Part shown: piece after piece, positions 13,415 to 27,093 of the stretch | Layout of the letters: each line of letters opens with the position of its first letter | Position numbering within the stretch: position 1 is the first letter of the stretch | Source: the human T2T-CHM13v2.0 reference genome, Homo sapiens | Direction: 5' to 3' (one strand) | Length of the DNA stretch: 64,000 bases | NCBI RefSeq assembly: GCF_009914755.1 | Contig: NC_060925.1 | The notes under the pieces: model-generated | Databases searched by the model: none | What the model saw: only the letters and a program-made list of their open reading frames with translations | Told to the model about the DNA's origin: nothing | Program-made: the position numbers and the translations under genes

Positions 13415-16083
13415 CAGTCCCTCAACTGAGCTCCTCATGCAAAGCTGGGGGCCACCGGGCTCCACTGCCAGCCGTCCCTCTGGGGGCCATTTCTAGGCAA
13501 ACAGGCAACCCAGGAATGTGGCCATCAAGAGGTGAATTCCGGTCCTTTCTCCTCCCCTAGCTGGGGAGAGAGGGATCTTAGATGAGTCTTACCCTTCATG
13601 GGCTGCAGAGGCCCCACTGCAGAAAAGAGGACCAGGAGCTGGTGTTCCAAGGCAGAAGGCATTCATGTCTTCAGGGATGACCGCCCTTGCTTCAACTCTG
13701 AATTCTTGGGGGGATACACCGGGACCCCACCAAAGCTTAGGGGGCATAGTCTTTTTGCAATCACAATTCTAGGAGCCAGTTGACCCCAGCAGCCCCTCGC
13801 TAGTTGCTCTGGAGAGGGGTTGGCTCTCTGAGCCATCAGTGCCCCTTCCTAAACATCAGCCACTGGGCCCCACCTCCACAGTTCCCAGAAGCACCGGGAC
13901 ACACAGGTGGGAAAGATGGAGGCAGGTGACTTGGGCAGGGCCAGGAAGGAGCCGAGGGAGCCCCAGGGGCCCTGGCCAGAGGGAGTGGTGGTTTGAAAAG
14001 TAGAACAGCTGAAGCTGGGGCCAGCCTAGGAGACTCTTGCTTGCGAGAAAATATACCAAAGCCCACATTACTTTTCTCCTTATTGGAAGAAAGAGAAGCA
14101 GCCATTGTACCAAGCTATCTTCTGGTGGAGGTCTGCTAAGGATACACGGAGGTCTCAGCAAAGGGAAGAAACTATGTGATCCAAGGGCCACCCTGCTCCT
14201 CGGCCCTGCCCATGTTAACTGACCATTGCACTCATTCTCAGATCTGTAGCCGTCTTCCTGTCTGGAAGCTGGGGCAACCACCACCAGTCAGCACTTCAGG
14301 GTGACAGCATAATTTGCCCTCCTTGTGCCAGGTACGGTCACCTGGTTTGCCGCATTCACATTTTCAGGTGGATGACCAAGCGGAGGAACTAGAAGAGTCT
14401 AGTGAAGCATCCAGAGACTGGATCTCCTTTCACATCTGGTTTGATAAACTCCGAATGAAGGAGACCCCCAGCCTCAGGAAAGCACCTGTCCTTCCAGGAG
14501 GGACGGGAGAGAGCCTGACCCAGTGTATTACCACAGCCCTTGTTCCACCTCTGAGGGAGACAGTGACAGATGGGAAGGCAGTGATGCTCTTGGTCCCAGC
14601 CAGAAGCCAGGGGAGATGGGAGGTACACCAGAGCAGGGCCTGACAAGGAAGAAAATAAGGATGCTTTGGACCTCAGTGTCCTTGTCTTGAAAATGGGAAG
14701 GACAATTCATGTCCCTGTCTGCCCTGGGGATAAATGAGAGGATAAAAGAGAAAGTTCTTCCCAGTTTCCCAGGTGGTCCCAGCTAGATCCTGTGTCCACG
14801 GAAGCTGCTGGTGCCCAGGCTGTGGGTCTTGTTGGAAGAAGCAGGACTGGAACAAAGGATGAAAAGGAGGTTGGCATGGACATAAGAGGAGAGCTTGCAC
14901 TGGACCACCGAAGACCACCATCCCTGGTCTGGGCTCTGGCACCAGCCTCTGCCAGTGGCAGCTCAGAGGCCACAGGGTGACATTGGCCACACCCCCACCC
15001 CACTTCCCTGGCCTGGGCCTCGAAAGATGAAGCAACTGAATTTATTCTTAAATCAGAGACCAGGAAGGGAAAGTCAGCTGGGGCCATGGCTACCTTCTTG
15101 GGAGAGTGACCCCTGAACCCAGCCAAGGCCACATTCAAGCTCAGTGTCAACACTAGGCATGAACCTCCAAGGGACCTGTGGGCTGGGGCAGAATGGCTTC
15201 AGTGACAAGACTCAAAGGAGGCACTAGCATTGTGCTGCTGGACTGGGGGAAGGACTTGCTTGGGAGGAGAACCCTACATAGGAGCTGGGGGCAGGTGGAC
15301 CTAGATCCAACCTTCAACCCCTAGTGAGGGGCCAGGCAGAGGACAAGGCAACAACTAAGCTAGGTAAAGTTCTGGAAAGTTTCCAAGCCCAGGAGGAACA
15401 AGGACCACTCTGGAAAAACATTCCAAAGCCCATTGCATACCTGTGGTAGAGACTAGGGGAGTGATTCCAGGGATAAGACGGACAAATGTGTTCCAGGCCC
15501 CAGCTGATGGTGGGTGTGGTCTTCATAATGAGAGGTGGAGCTGAGATTTGGGCCTGGGCTGGGAAGAGGAGTACACAGTCCATCTGATCCACCTCTCTTA
15601 TGGTTCCATTGGCAAAATCATTCATCAGTCGTCCTATCTTTTCCTGGCGAGCGCTCACAATGGCTTCATAAGTGTTTCAATACAGTGTCCCAGGCAGTCA
15701 CTACCTATAGATTAGAGCTGATGTGCTGGCCTGGGGCTCTAGAGCTGGGCTTCAGGAAGAATGTGGTCAGGGCCATCAGGGTGGAACAAGGTAGCTCAAG
15801 ACCTTGGAAAGACACCCTGAGGGCACAATCGTCCTTGCAGTTTAAGATGACACTTTAAAAATAAATTCTTTCCTAATGATGGCTTGAGTCCTGCCACTCA
15901 ATGGGAGCATCAGCGGAACCCGTAGCATCTTATTTGGAATTGACATTCTCTATTGTAATTTTGTTCCTGTTTATTTTTAAGTTTTCTTTTTGTTTCACTG
16001 GAAAGGAAAGATGATGCTCTGTTTTAAACATTAAAAGTATACAAGTTGCTTTGTTACAATAAAACTAAATATGTACACACACC
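13415..16083 (+). other. KLHDC7A: Probable KLHDC7A 3'UTR (~2.7 kb, no Alu)
   Basis: Follows the stop codon. First clear AATAAA hexamers seen are at 15860 and 16058, the latter 20 nt before an A14 tract. Consistent with a recalled ~5 kb transcript. Confidence 0.65.
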
Positions 16084-16097
16084 AAAAAAAAAAAAAA
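15832..16097 (+). pseudogene. Putative 5'-truncated processed retrocopy of an unidentified mRNA 3' end
   Basis: Abrupt switch to AT/U-rich 3'UTR-like sequence that ends in AATAAA, 20 nt, then genomic poly(A). The 5' boundary is approximate and no clear TSD was found. Confidence 0.5.
16058..16063 (+). terminator. Polyadenylation signal AATAAA
   Basis: AATAAA at 16058-16063 followed 20 nt later by A14 (16084-16097); U-rich sequence upstream. Confidence 0.65.
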
Positions 16098-16107
16098 TGA
16101 TCAGGAT

Positions 16108-16430
16108 GCATTCATTCACTCCTGAAATAAACATTTACAGAATATTTGGACTGGGCAGTGTTCTAGGTGCTGGAGATGCAGCAGATCCCTGCCTTAATGG
16201 AGCTCACATTCTAGCAAAGGAAAATGGACACTTTTAAAAGGAAATACATAGAACCTAGTACCTAGGCTGCATATACACTAAGGAGAAAGCTGAGGCAGGG
16301 ACATGGGATCCTGAGTGCCGGAGGAAAGGGGTTGCTCTTTTAAATCATGTGATCAGGCCTCCCTGATAGGATGACATTTGAACAGGGACCTGAATGGAAA
16401 TCTGGGAGATGCACAGACCAGGACTGGTCC
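16108..16430 (-). mobile_element. L2 fragment (3' end)
   Basis: cattcattca..aaacatttac..gtgttctaggtgctggagat..ggagctcacattctag. Confidence 0.65.
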
Positions 16431-16859
16431 AGGGAACCGGAAGGGTGGCCTTGCAGCCAGAAGGACTTTGCTCCCTGTGCCCACCAGGGAGAGCCGGGCT
16501 GCTTCCGAGGAGCGCCATCTTGGGGTAGGAAGAAGGACAGGGGCCCAGCTATTCTGTTTAGCCTTTGTTGTAAGGGAAAAAAACTCAATTACACCTACAT
16601 TTACAACATATAGGAGTGAGAGCCAGTGTTGTTACCAGAATGTTGCAGACCCTATACTCAGGTGTGCAGCTGAGACGACTTCATGGGGCCAGAGTCTCAG
16701 ATTTCTACTTGACTTTACTTAATAGCCTGGGGTCTGTTGGCCTCCTGCCCTTAGCCTCAGAGTGACATCTGTGTCACTTGGCTTCTTGCTTTTCCAATAG
16801 GAATTCTTTCTTCTTCAGAAAAACAAAAAAAAATTAAATTTGGGTCGCTTTCCACTTTA

Positions 16860-17290
16860 AACCAACCATGCCCATTATAGAAAAAAAATAGAGAAAGGTA
16901 TTAAAAATCTCCCCAATTTTGCCACTCAACGACACCCCCTACTGTGGTGTGTGTCCCTCTGGTCTTTTTCTTCTGTGCAAAGTTTTTGTTTGGCTTGATG
17001 TTTGCTTAGGTACGATTATGCTAAATATACAATTCCGTTTCTTCCTTTTTTCACTTAGCATTTTATAATAAGCATTTTCCCGTGTTATTACAAATCCTAG
17101 GTAAACATCATTTCAATAGTTGCACAATATTCCATGGAGTGAATGTATCAAGGTTTATTTAAACATCTCCCCTCCTGTTGGGCCTGCCTGTAGATTTTTG
17201 TTTTCTGTTGGGTTCTCTTTCTATCACAAATAAAACGTCCTTTGTTTTCTTATTCCTCCCTATCTGGGGCCTTCATCAATATTTACAAGA
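16860..17290 (-). mobile_element. Ancient L1ME-type 3' fragment
   Basis: ttttcacttagcat..gcacaatattccat..atttaaacatctcccct. Confidence 0.5.
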
Positions 17291-17638
17291 GAATGCCAGT
17301 CTAGGTCCCGTCTGCAATGGTAGAGTTGTTGAAACAACCACAGAAGCCATAGCATTTGCCTAGGGCTGGGGCCTGGCCCCTCTGTGACTGTAGGACAGAG
17401 CTGTCCTTGGAAGCCTACGGCGAGAGAGGCAAGGCTGGCTGGAGGGGCCATCCAGGGGCACCACATTCACTGGGCCCCTGCTCTCCTCTGCGTGCTTTTA
17501 TATGCATCTCCTCACTGATCCTCACAACAACCCTATTTTACGGGTGAGAAAGCTGAGGCTCAGAGAATTTAATGAAATTTGCCTTCATGGCAAAATCCAA
17601 AGACCTTTTCTGTTTTCATTAAAAGTGCTTGAATCCAA

Positions 17639-17932
<294 letters not shown>

Positions 17933-18247
17933 AAAAGTGCTTGAATCCAGCCTTACTGCCTTGCATGCAATACTCTCTCCACTCCTCTATGCTGAGGCAG
18001 TGGAGGCCAGGACCCAGCATCAGCCTTGCCTCCGACCCTGTCTCCACCCACACCAATCAATTGTGCTCCATCTTTGAACTTTGAACTCAAAGGACATATT
18101 CTTAAATTCTCTAATCCTCAATACCTGCATCTGTAAAATGGGTTTGCCACTGCCAGCCTCAAGAAGATATTGTGAGAACTAACAAAATAATAGAGGGAAA
18201 GCTCCCGGCCCAGGAACTGCTACTACTACATCTTGTACTACTTGCAG

Positions 18248-18555
18248 TCATGCCTGTAATCCCAGCACTTTAGGAGGCCAAGGTAGGAGGATTGCTTGAG
18301 CCCAGGAGTTCAAGACCAGCCCGGGCAATGTGGCAAAATCCCATCTCTACAAAATATACAAAAATTAGCCAGGCGTGATGGTGTGTGCCTGTGGTCCCAA
18401 CTACTTGGGAGGCTGAAGTGGGAGGATCACTTGAGCCTGGGAAGCAGAGGTTGCCTTGAGCTGAGATCATGCCACACTGCACTCGAGCCTAGGTGGCAGA
18501 GTGAGACCTTGTCTCAAAAAATAAAAATAAATAAAAGTAAAATAAAAATAAAAAT
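18248..18555 (+). mobile_element. AluJ, slightly 5'-truncated
   Basis: ggattgcttgagcccaggagttcaag; (AAAAT)n tail. Confidence 0.9.
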
Positions 18556-19649
18556 TTGTTAAAGTAGGTCTTGGAAGAACAGTTGTCGCCTGCAGCGGGG
18601 CTGCCCTAAGCCAGTTCAGAGGAGGAGGTTTTCTTTTACCACCCCCACCGCCTCCTGCTCTCTTTCATCCTGGCCCTGGAGGAGGAAGGTTGAGAATTAA
18701 GCTGCAGCGGCCGATTCTTGTCTCAGAAGGTCTGGGGCAGGGGATGCTCAACATAAAAGTTACTCATATTTTAGACCATCCAGGTTTTGAGACTGTGAGA
18801 CTCTACTCTGCTCTTCCAGAGTAGTTCAGGATTGACTGACTGGCTGATTTGAGTTTCCTCAGGCTGAAAGCATTAAGCAATTTCCAGGGGGTGTCAGTCG
18901 GAGCTGTGGAGCTTCAGAAGCTGCTCAGAGGCCCCTGGAAACCCTGAGAAAATGCGAGATGGAGGGGGCTCCCTTCTTTCACAGATTGGGAGAAATCACC
19001 ACTTGGGGGAACTGGGAGTATGCTGGGCTGTGTCTGAGCTGCAAATATTAAAGGCCACAGACAGAGGCAGCCGGCACTTCCCATCTTTGTAATCCTTACT
19101 GGAAAGGGCCTTGTGGCCCTAGGGTGCCCCTCGGATCCTCCTGAAGCTGTGGCTTCAGCCAGGAGCAGCCCCTAGGCTGGGGCAGAAGGCAGAGCATGAA
19201 ACACAAAGGGAGGAGGTAACTTCAGGGAGCGAGAAGAAAGGACAGCCTGGAGGAAAGTCTCCACAAACAGCTCTGACCCTGGGGTTTTTTGAAATGTGAG
19301 ATGTGAAAACAAAAATGAAAAAGCGATCAAGTTTGCATTGCTTTTTTGTGTGCAGGGAGGAGACGCAAATTTTATACCATAATAAATAGAGTTCCTCTCA
19401 CCAGGCTCTGTGCAAATACTTTACTGTTCTTCCCTCACTCTTCCCTCAATACATCACTGTCTGACAGAGCAATTATCTTCGTGATATAGAAGAGGAAGTG
19501 GAGACAGGACCCTGCACAAAAATTACCTATTGATTTAATGATTATTAGTAATTATAACACCTACTTTTTATTGCTAAAAAACTGGAATAAGGCATGTAAT
19601 CATTGTCAATACATTTATAAAACACAAGACTAATAAGAGCTTTACTTAT

Positions 19650-20155
19650 ATTGTCTCTGGCCAAATTCTCTCTTTCCCATCAATTTTTCCATGTCTTGAA
19701 TCTGGTCATGTGACTTGCTTTGGCCACTGTGGGGCAGTAACAAATTTGACATAAGCAGAGGCTTGAAAATTGCTAGGGCATTGGATGTGCTCTCTTGTGG
19801 CTCTTAGAAATCACGAGACTGCCGCCATGTGAACAAGCCCAGCCTAGGCTGTGGGATGATGAGAGACCCATAGACCAGTTACCCTAGTCAACAGCCAGTT
19901 ACCAGTTACCCCAGTCAACAGCCAGCCAAACCCCCAACCTGTGAGTGAGGCCACTGACCACCAGCTGACCAACCACAGATACCTGAAAGAACCCAACCAA
20001 GACTGGCAGAACCTAACCAAGACTGGCAGAAGAACCACCTAGCTGAACCCAGCCCCAGTTGCCAATCCACAGGCTCATGAGAGAAATAGATAGTTGTGGT
20101 TTTAAGCCAGTCAATTTTGGAATGGTTTGCAACACCACAATAGGTAAGTGACACA
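19650..20155 (+). mobile_element. MLT1-family MaLR LTR (MLT1G/H-like)
   Basis: catgtgacttgctttggcca..gccatgtgaacaagccc..agctgaacccagccc..gttttaagcca..ttttggaatggtttg. Confidence 0.75.
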
Positions 20156-20599
20156 ACAATCCTGTGATATCTCATCACTTTGCAGTTGAGGAAACTAGAG
20201 TTCAAGAAAGTGAAATCTCATTCCCAGGGTCACATGCCTATAAGATAGAAGAGCTGGGAGACCTACCCCACACCTCCACCGCCCAGGTCTGCCTGACTCC
20301 AAATCCTGGGTTCTTCCTTATTCAGCCATAGGGCCCTGGCTCTGGTCTAGCCAGACTAGGGCACTGGGGACCCTCTGGGTGCCTGCCTGGCCAAGGGGCT
20401 TGGTGCTAGCCCTCAGCTAGGTCTTTTCCATGACCCAGGAACCAATGTCTACAGGGAGAAAACTCTGAGCCACCTCAGAGGAGGATCTTTACAAAAAGAT
20501 CAAGAGATTAGCTCCTTGAAAAGCAATCACTGACACCTATTGAGCACAGCCACTCTATCGGCCAACTATCTTGGGATAGAGCACCTGCACTCTGCCCCC

Positions 20600-20850
20600 A
20601 AGAGCCTCCCCGCTGCTGAAAGGTGTTCTGTTGCCATTACCTGGGGATTGTTGCTACCTAGAGGATCCCCGAACCAATGACAGGCAGGAGTTGGTGTGTA
20701 AATACCCCAGCTCCCTCAACCCTGGAGTGAGATAACTCCTAGGTTCATGTTCTGCACTGGCTCCCAGATTTCCTGGTAGGACTGAGCCCCAGTTTCCACC
20801 AGCACTACCTACCTTGATAACATCCCTATAATAATATCACCCCAGTCTTC
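20600..20850 (+). mobile_element. LTR16-like ERVL LTR fragment
   Basis: ataccccagctccctc..gataactcc..tgttctgcactggctcccaga..ttgataac. Confidence 0.6.
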
Positions 20851-21624
20851 CTGGCTGGTGCTCCTACCTACTCCTCCTCCCTTTGTGAGACCATAGAGGA
20901 GCTGCACCCTTCTTTCCCCTCAAACCTGCCCCCCTCTACCTTCTTGAGGGCTTCACACCACAGACAGCCCTACACTGGCACCGACAATCCTCCACTAGCT
21001 CCTAGACGATTCCAAGTGGCATTCAGATGGGCTCTGGGATCTTTTATCTTAAAAGAAAAGCCACTTCCACATGACTTGCTTGGTAGTACAATAAATAAAA
21101 ACCATGAATATACTTTAGAAGGTTAAAAACACTACACAGATATAATGTATCTTATTTGCAATGAGTGTCAAAGTGATGTGGTTTCTTTGTGTTCTTGAAA
21201 ACAGTTTATCCTCTAAAGATTTTTGATTCTTTCTCCTGCAATCATGTTTATATGATCACATTCAGCAATCTTCACTTTGTAGATAAAATGAGGGTCAGCT
21301 TTAACCTGGCCTCAACTTGAATCAGAATACGTTCTGAGTGAATCCTTTTAAAAACAAAACAAAAACTCCTGTTATAGAATCAGATTTGAGGGAGCCAGTA
21401 TCAGGCACCACCCACACCCTGGGGTTAAGTGTTTAGCTTCCTCAGTTGTACCCAGAAACATTTAAACCCATATCCGGTACCTTTTGACCACTTGCTTTCA
21501 GTTCCTAAATTTGGTCTCTCTCCCCTGGATGACACAGTGGGGTGGATGGTGGAAGATGGTGACAAATTAGGACAATATCAACCTCAAAAAGCCCAGGCAA
21601 GTAATGTCTTTCGTACAGATTGTC

Positions 21625-22100
21625 TTTTTAAAAAAACACTATTGTGGCATAATACATATAACACAAAACATACCATTGTAACCACTTTTAAAAGCATGCC
21701 ATTCAGTGGCATTAAGTGCATTCACAACAGTGCATCTATTTGTGTTGTATGTGATTACAAAAGATACACAAACATTTATTGTAGAATATGCAACTGGAAA
21801 AATCCAGAGAAGCCCAAGAAGACAGTAAAAATCATTTCCTCCCAGAAATAATTTGTTATTGTTTTGACTTCTTTATTTCCAGTTTCTTATTACCCATAAT
21901 TTTAAAAATAAAAAATGGGATCTTATACATAAGATAAAATTTACCACTTTTGCTATTTTTAAGTGTACACACTTCAGTGGCAATAAGGACTTTCACATGG
22001 TCATGCAACCACCGTCATTATCCATCTCCTTTTCCATCATCCCAGGCTGAAACTCTGCACGCATTAAAGGATACCCCTCTGTCTCCCGCTCCCTCCATAA
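21625..22100 (-). mobile_element. Two L1MB-like 3' end fragments
   Basis: accattgtaaccacttttaa..ttcagtggcattaagtgcattcacaa; aaaatttaccac..aagtgtaca..cagtggca. Confidence 0.55.
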
Positions 22101-22779
22101 GTAAAAGTTGTCTTTAACTTTGCAAAGCATCCTTCACGAGGATGAGGAAGTTCTTTGCTCAGTCAGCACAGAAAATTGGAAATGTGCCTTAAGCACAAAG
22201 ACATACTGGTTTTCATTCATTCTGGAAAGTTCCACAAACAACGCGGCACCCAGCTCAGTAGGATGCTCCAGGGCAAGAGAATCTGCTCTCTCCAGAGGAC
22301 ATGATGAATAGCTTTCTTCTCTAAGTCACCAGCGCTCCCTCCTTATTGCCATGGGGAAAGACAAAAGGAAAATCACCCTCTCTGTTCTCCAGGTACTCCC
22401 TCCATCCTCTCGCTACATGAATTACTTTTGGTGTTGTAACAAAAATATAGGTTGGAAATGATAGAGGTATAAAACATGGGGATGATTTTGTTCCATCGTG
22501 CATCCTAATTATGCAATGACAGGCACTTTTGGGTACGTGGAACTAAGTAACTACGATCATGGAGTAAGAATCGCTTCAAGGTTGTTTGACACCCAGGACA
22601 GGGACTGTATTTAAGAAGCATCACGTTGCTTTAACCACAGGGATGAATGGGAGTATGGAGGATTGAAAGACCAAGGCTTGGGTGCAAAGTGGGCATCAGG
22701 GAAGGTTTCCAGAGGCAGCAAGGTCCACAAAGGGAGTGACAAGGCTAGCACATCTGCCTGTCAAATTGACAGGCATGGG

Positions 22780-23300
22780 TTCCACCCTTCATCCATCAGA
22801 TGTTCATTAAACCAGTACTACTTGCAAGGTGCCAGGGGAACTGTTGTGAATGGCTGAGCCCATTGTGCTAGGGATGCTGAGAAATAAACAGGTGAACAAT
22901 TACAGAAAATGATGGGAGATTGGCACAGATTCAGCGCAGGAATCAAATGTAATGCTGGGGTGGAGAGTGACAGCGGGGGTACACTTAAGATATTTCTCAA
23001 GGTGGCTTCCCCAAACAGGTGGCATTTAAGCTGAGATGTGAACAATAAGGAGGACTTGGCCAAGAGGGAGGAAGTGTGGGGTGGGGGAAAGGGAGGGAGG
23101 GAAGATGAGAGAGAGAGAGAGGCACAAGAGGAAGAGCACTCTAGGGGAGGGAACACCAAGAGCAAAGGCCCTGTGTCCTAGCCCAAGTGAAGGCCAATGT
23201 GGCCAGAGAGGGGATAGGAGACCAGGTTACACAGGTGTTGTCAGCCAAGATAAGAAGGGTGAATTTTATTCCTAGTCCACTGAGAAGCCTTCAGCAGATT
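22780..23300 (-). mobile_element. L2 fragment
   Basis: ggtggcatttaagctgagatgtgaa..ggagggaacaccaagagcaaaggccctg. Confidence 0.6.
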
Positions 23301-23411
23301 TTGTTTACTTAATTTTTACAATAAATATCTTATTTTACAATAGTTTTAAATGTACAGGAAAGTTTCAAGGATAATACATCGCACATACCCCTCACCCAGT
23401 TTCCCCTGTTG

Positions 23412-23755
23412 CAAGGGTCCTCAACCCCTGTTGGGGTTCTGGTACTGGTTCATGGCCTGTTAGGAACCAGACCGCATAGCAAGAGGTGAGCGATGGGCGA
23501 GTGAGCATGACTGCCTGAGCTCTGCCTCTTGTCAGATCAGCAGCAACACTGGATTCTCATAGGAGAACGAACCCTATTGTGAACTGTGCATTCAAGGGAT
23601 CTGAGTTGCATGCTCCTTATGGTAATCTAATGCCTGGCAATCTGAGGTGAAACAGTTTCATCCTGAAACCATCCCCTGCCACCCCAGTTCATGGAAAAAT
23701 TGTCTTCCACGAAACCGAAACCGGTCCCTGGTGCCAAAAGGGCTGGGGACCGCTG
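23412..23755 (+). mobile_element. MER1B hAT-Charlie DNA transposon
   Basis: TIR-like ends caagggtcctcaacccc / gggctggggaccgctg; 8-bp TSD ccctgttg/ccctattg; internal sequence matches recalled MER1B. Confidence 0.88.
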
Positions 23756-23958
23756 CCCTATTGCTAACATGTTGCATTAGGATGGTTCACTTGTCACAAC
23801 TAAGGAGCCAGCATTGATACATTATGATTAACTAAGGTCCATACTTGATTCAGATTTCCCTTTTATCTGATGTCCTTTGTACTCCAGTGTTCCATCCAAG
23901 ACACTGCATTACTTCTAGTTGTCATGTCTTCTTAGGCTTTTCTTGGTAGTGATGGTTT

Positions 23959-24717
<759 letters not shown>

Positions 24718-26684
24718 GTTTTCCAGAGCTTCCTTGTTTTTGGTGTTCTTGACAGTTTTGAGGACTGCTGGTCAAGTGTTTTGTAGACTGTCTTTTCAAC
24801 ATGGTTTTGGTTGATGTTTTTCTCATGGAGTTATGGGTTTCTTGACTGGGCTTACGGGTTTTAGGAGGAAGACCACAGAGGTAAAGTGCCCTTCTCCTCA
24901 TATGATATTAAGAGTGCATGCTACTAACACAACTTATTACTGTTGATGCGGACCTTGATCACCTGGCTGAGGTGGTGTTTGCCACATTTCTCTGCTGTGA
25001 ACCTATTCTTTTTTCCCCTTGCCATACTCTACCCTAGAGAAGGAAGTCACTGTTTGCAGCTTATAGGGTGAAGTGTCATGTTCTGCCTCCTTGATGCAGG
25101 GAGTATCTACAAAAATTATTTGGAACTCGTCTCTGTGGCAGATTCATCTATTCTTCCTTATTTATTTACTTATTCAATCATCTATTTATATCAGTACAGA
25201 CTCATAGATATTATAGATACAGATATCATAGATATTTTCTTTATACTTTGAGTTATACTGCAATACTACATTGTTTAATTCCTTAATCAGATTATCTAGT
25301 TTGGGCCATGAGGAGCTCTTTCAGTTGGCACCTCTGTCCTTTTGGTACACCCTCACTGATTTCTTTTTAGCATTTTCTTACTCTGACGCAGACTCATCTT
25401 CTGTATTTCCAGCCCAGTCTTAGGACCAGACATTTCTCCAGGTAGCAGTGGTTTATTTTTTTAGAGAAGAATATTGAAAACCAAACTCTGGACACTGGGT
25501 CTTCAGAGGTTTTGGCACACACTGGTGGTCTAGGGAAGAAATCACAATTTTTTTTCTTTCTCTTCTTAGGCCCATAGTTGAGATACTCTCCTGAAAACAA
25601 AAGTCAGATTAACAGAAGAAAAACAAACTGAAGTTTATTAACACATGCTATACCCATCATGTGGGTGAGGCTTCAGTTCAAAAGTATTTCTCTCTTAAGG
25701 CAGTGGCTTAGGAGTTTTGCCTGAATGGTATTTTAACAAAGACCCATAAATCCTATGTTGGAGAGAAATATTTTGGTTTCCTTCAGTGGCATTGTCTAGT
25801 TTCAGTTTTAAATGTGTCCTCTGGTTGCCATGGAGAGAATGTATTGCGGGGTGGCCAGAGGGGAAGTCAGGATACCAGCGAGAAGAATACAGAGGTCATC
25901 CGGGCAAGAGGCAATGGCCTTGATGCCACAAGGACACAGGGGCAGGCAGAGGTGAGTCTGAGTAGTGGCAGCGTACCTACCAGATGGCTCCTGCTGCCCG
26001 GCCTGCCTCTGCCCCTAACCTCTCCAATACATCTGTTTTGTATCAATTATCCTGAATTTATTTCTGTTGCTTACAACCAGGAGCTCTACCCAACAGAGTT
26101 TAGCAACTCTCACCTTTGACTTCTACAGTGGGCTCCTAGAAGATAGGGTCTGGGTGTGGTTTATTCCCCAACTCTTGCACAGAGCCCAGCACAGGGGCTG
26201 TGTTCAGGAGATGCTTGATGAGCTGGATTTGTGCTCTTCAATGAACAAAACAGTTGGCTGTGCAATTGAGCCCCCTACACAGGGCTACAGGGGGCACCAT
26301 GGTAACCCACTTAAGGAAATAAACTGTTTGCAAGATCTTTCCCCACATTCATTTGCATGGAAACAATTAGTGTGCTAATTAAAATGGAGTCTTATCTGTT
26401 CATTAAAGTAGGCCCAGCAGGACATCCAGTTGGCAAGACTTCGTTGGCAAAAAGTTTGAGTTTCTCCAGGTGGTAGAAAAGAAGCCATTTTCATCTCTCA
26501 ACAAATGCTTAATAATTCAGGTGATGCTGAATCTTGCTGGCCCTCTGTTCCATGGGTTCCCATTAGTGAGGTTGGCAAGCACTTGTCAACACCTCCATGT
26601 CTCATCTCAAATGAGTGAAAATTTGTAATCCTTCTCCCAGCCTGGTCTGGCTGAGTTTGTCTTGCTCCATAAAAGAAGAGTTTG

Positions 26685-26978
26685 GGCCAGGCACGGTGGC
26701 TCATGCCTGTAATCCCAGCACTTTGATGGGGCTGAGGTGGGTGGATCACCTGAGGTCAGGAGTTCAAGACCAGCCTGGCCAGCATAATGAAACCCTGTCT
26801 GTACTAAAAATAAAAAATTAGCTGGGTGTGGTGGCGCATGCCTTTAGTCGCTACGGGGGAGCCTGAGGCAGGAGAATCGCTTGAATCCGGGAGGCGGAGG
26901 TTGCAGTGAGCCAAGTTCACGCCACTGCACTACAGCCTGGGCAACAGAAGGAGACTCTGTCTCAAAAAAAGAAAGAAA
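26685..26978 (+). mobile_element. AluS
   Basis: Full length; TSD aaaagaagagtttg at 26671 and 26979. Confidence 0.95.
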
Positions 26979-27079
26979 AAAAGAAGAGTTTGTTGCTCAA
27001 ATTAATAGTATAAACAAGATTTCAGAAGGGAATGTTTAACCTACTTAAGAGAACACACTGTTTTCAAGCTATTAGTATC

Positions 27080-27093
27080 ATTTGCATACAATG
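27080..27093 (-). promoter_or_regulatory. Compressed SOX-OCT composite motif CATTGTATGCAAAT
   Basis: Exact 14-mer on the minus strand; AGATAA at 27108-27113. Function not shown. Confidence 0.45.

Noticed and set aside
11974-13560. Overlapping or antisense ORFs on KLHDC7A (e.g. 12350-12961, 203 aa)
   Set aside because: Shadow ORFs expected from a GC-rich CDS; no recognisable domains.
11081-16097. KLHDC7A as a recent retrogene whose own poly(A) is the A14 tract
   Set aside because: As recalled, the gene is conserved well beyond primates, so an original tail is unlikely to survive. No TSD flanks the gene.
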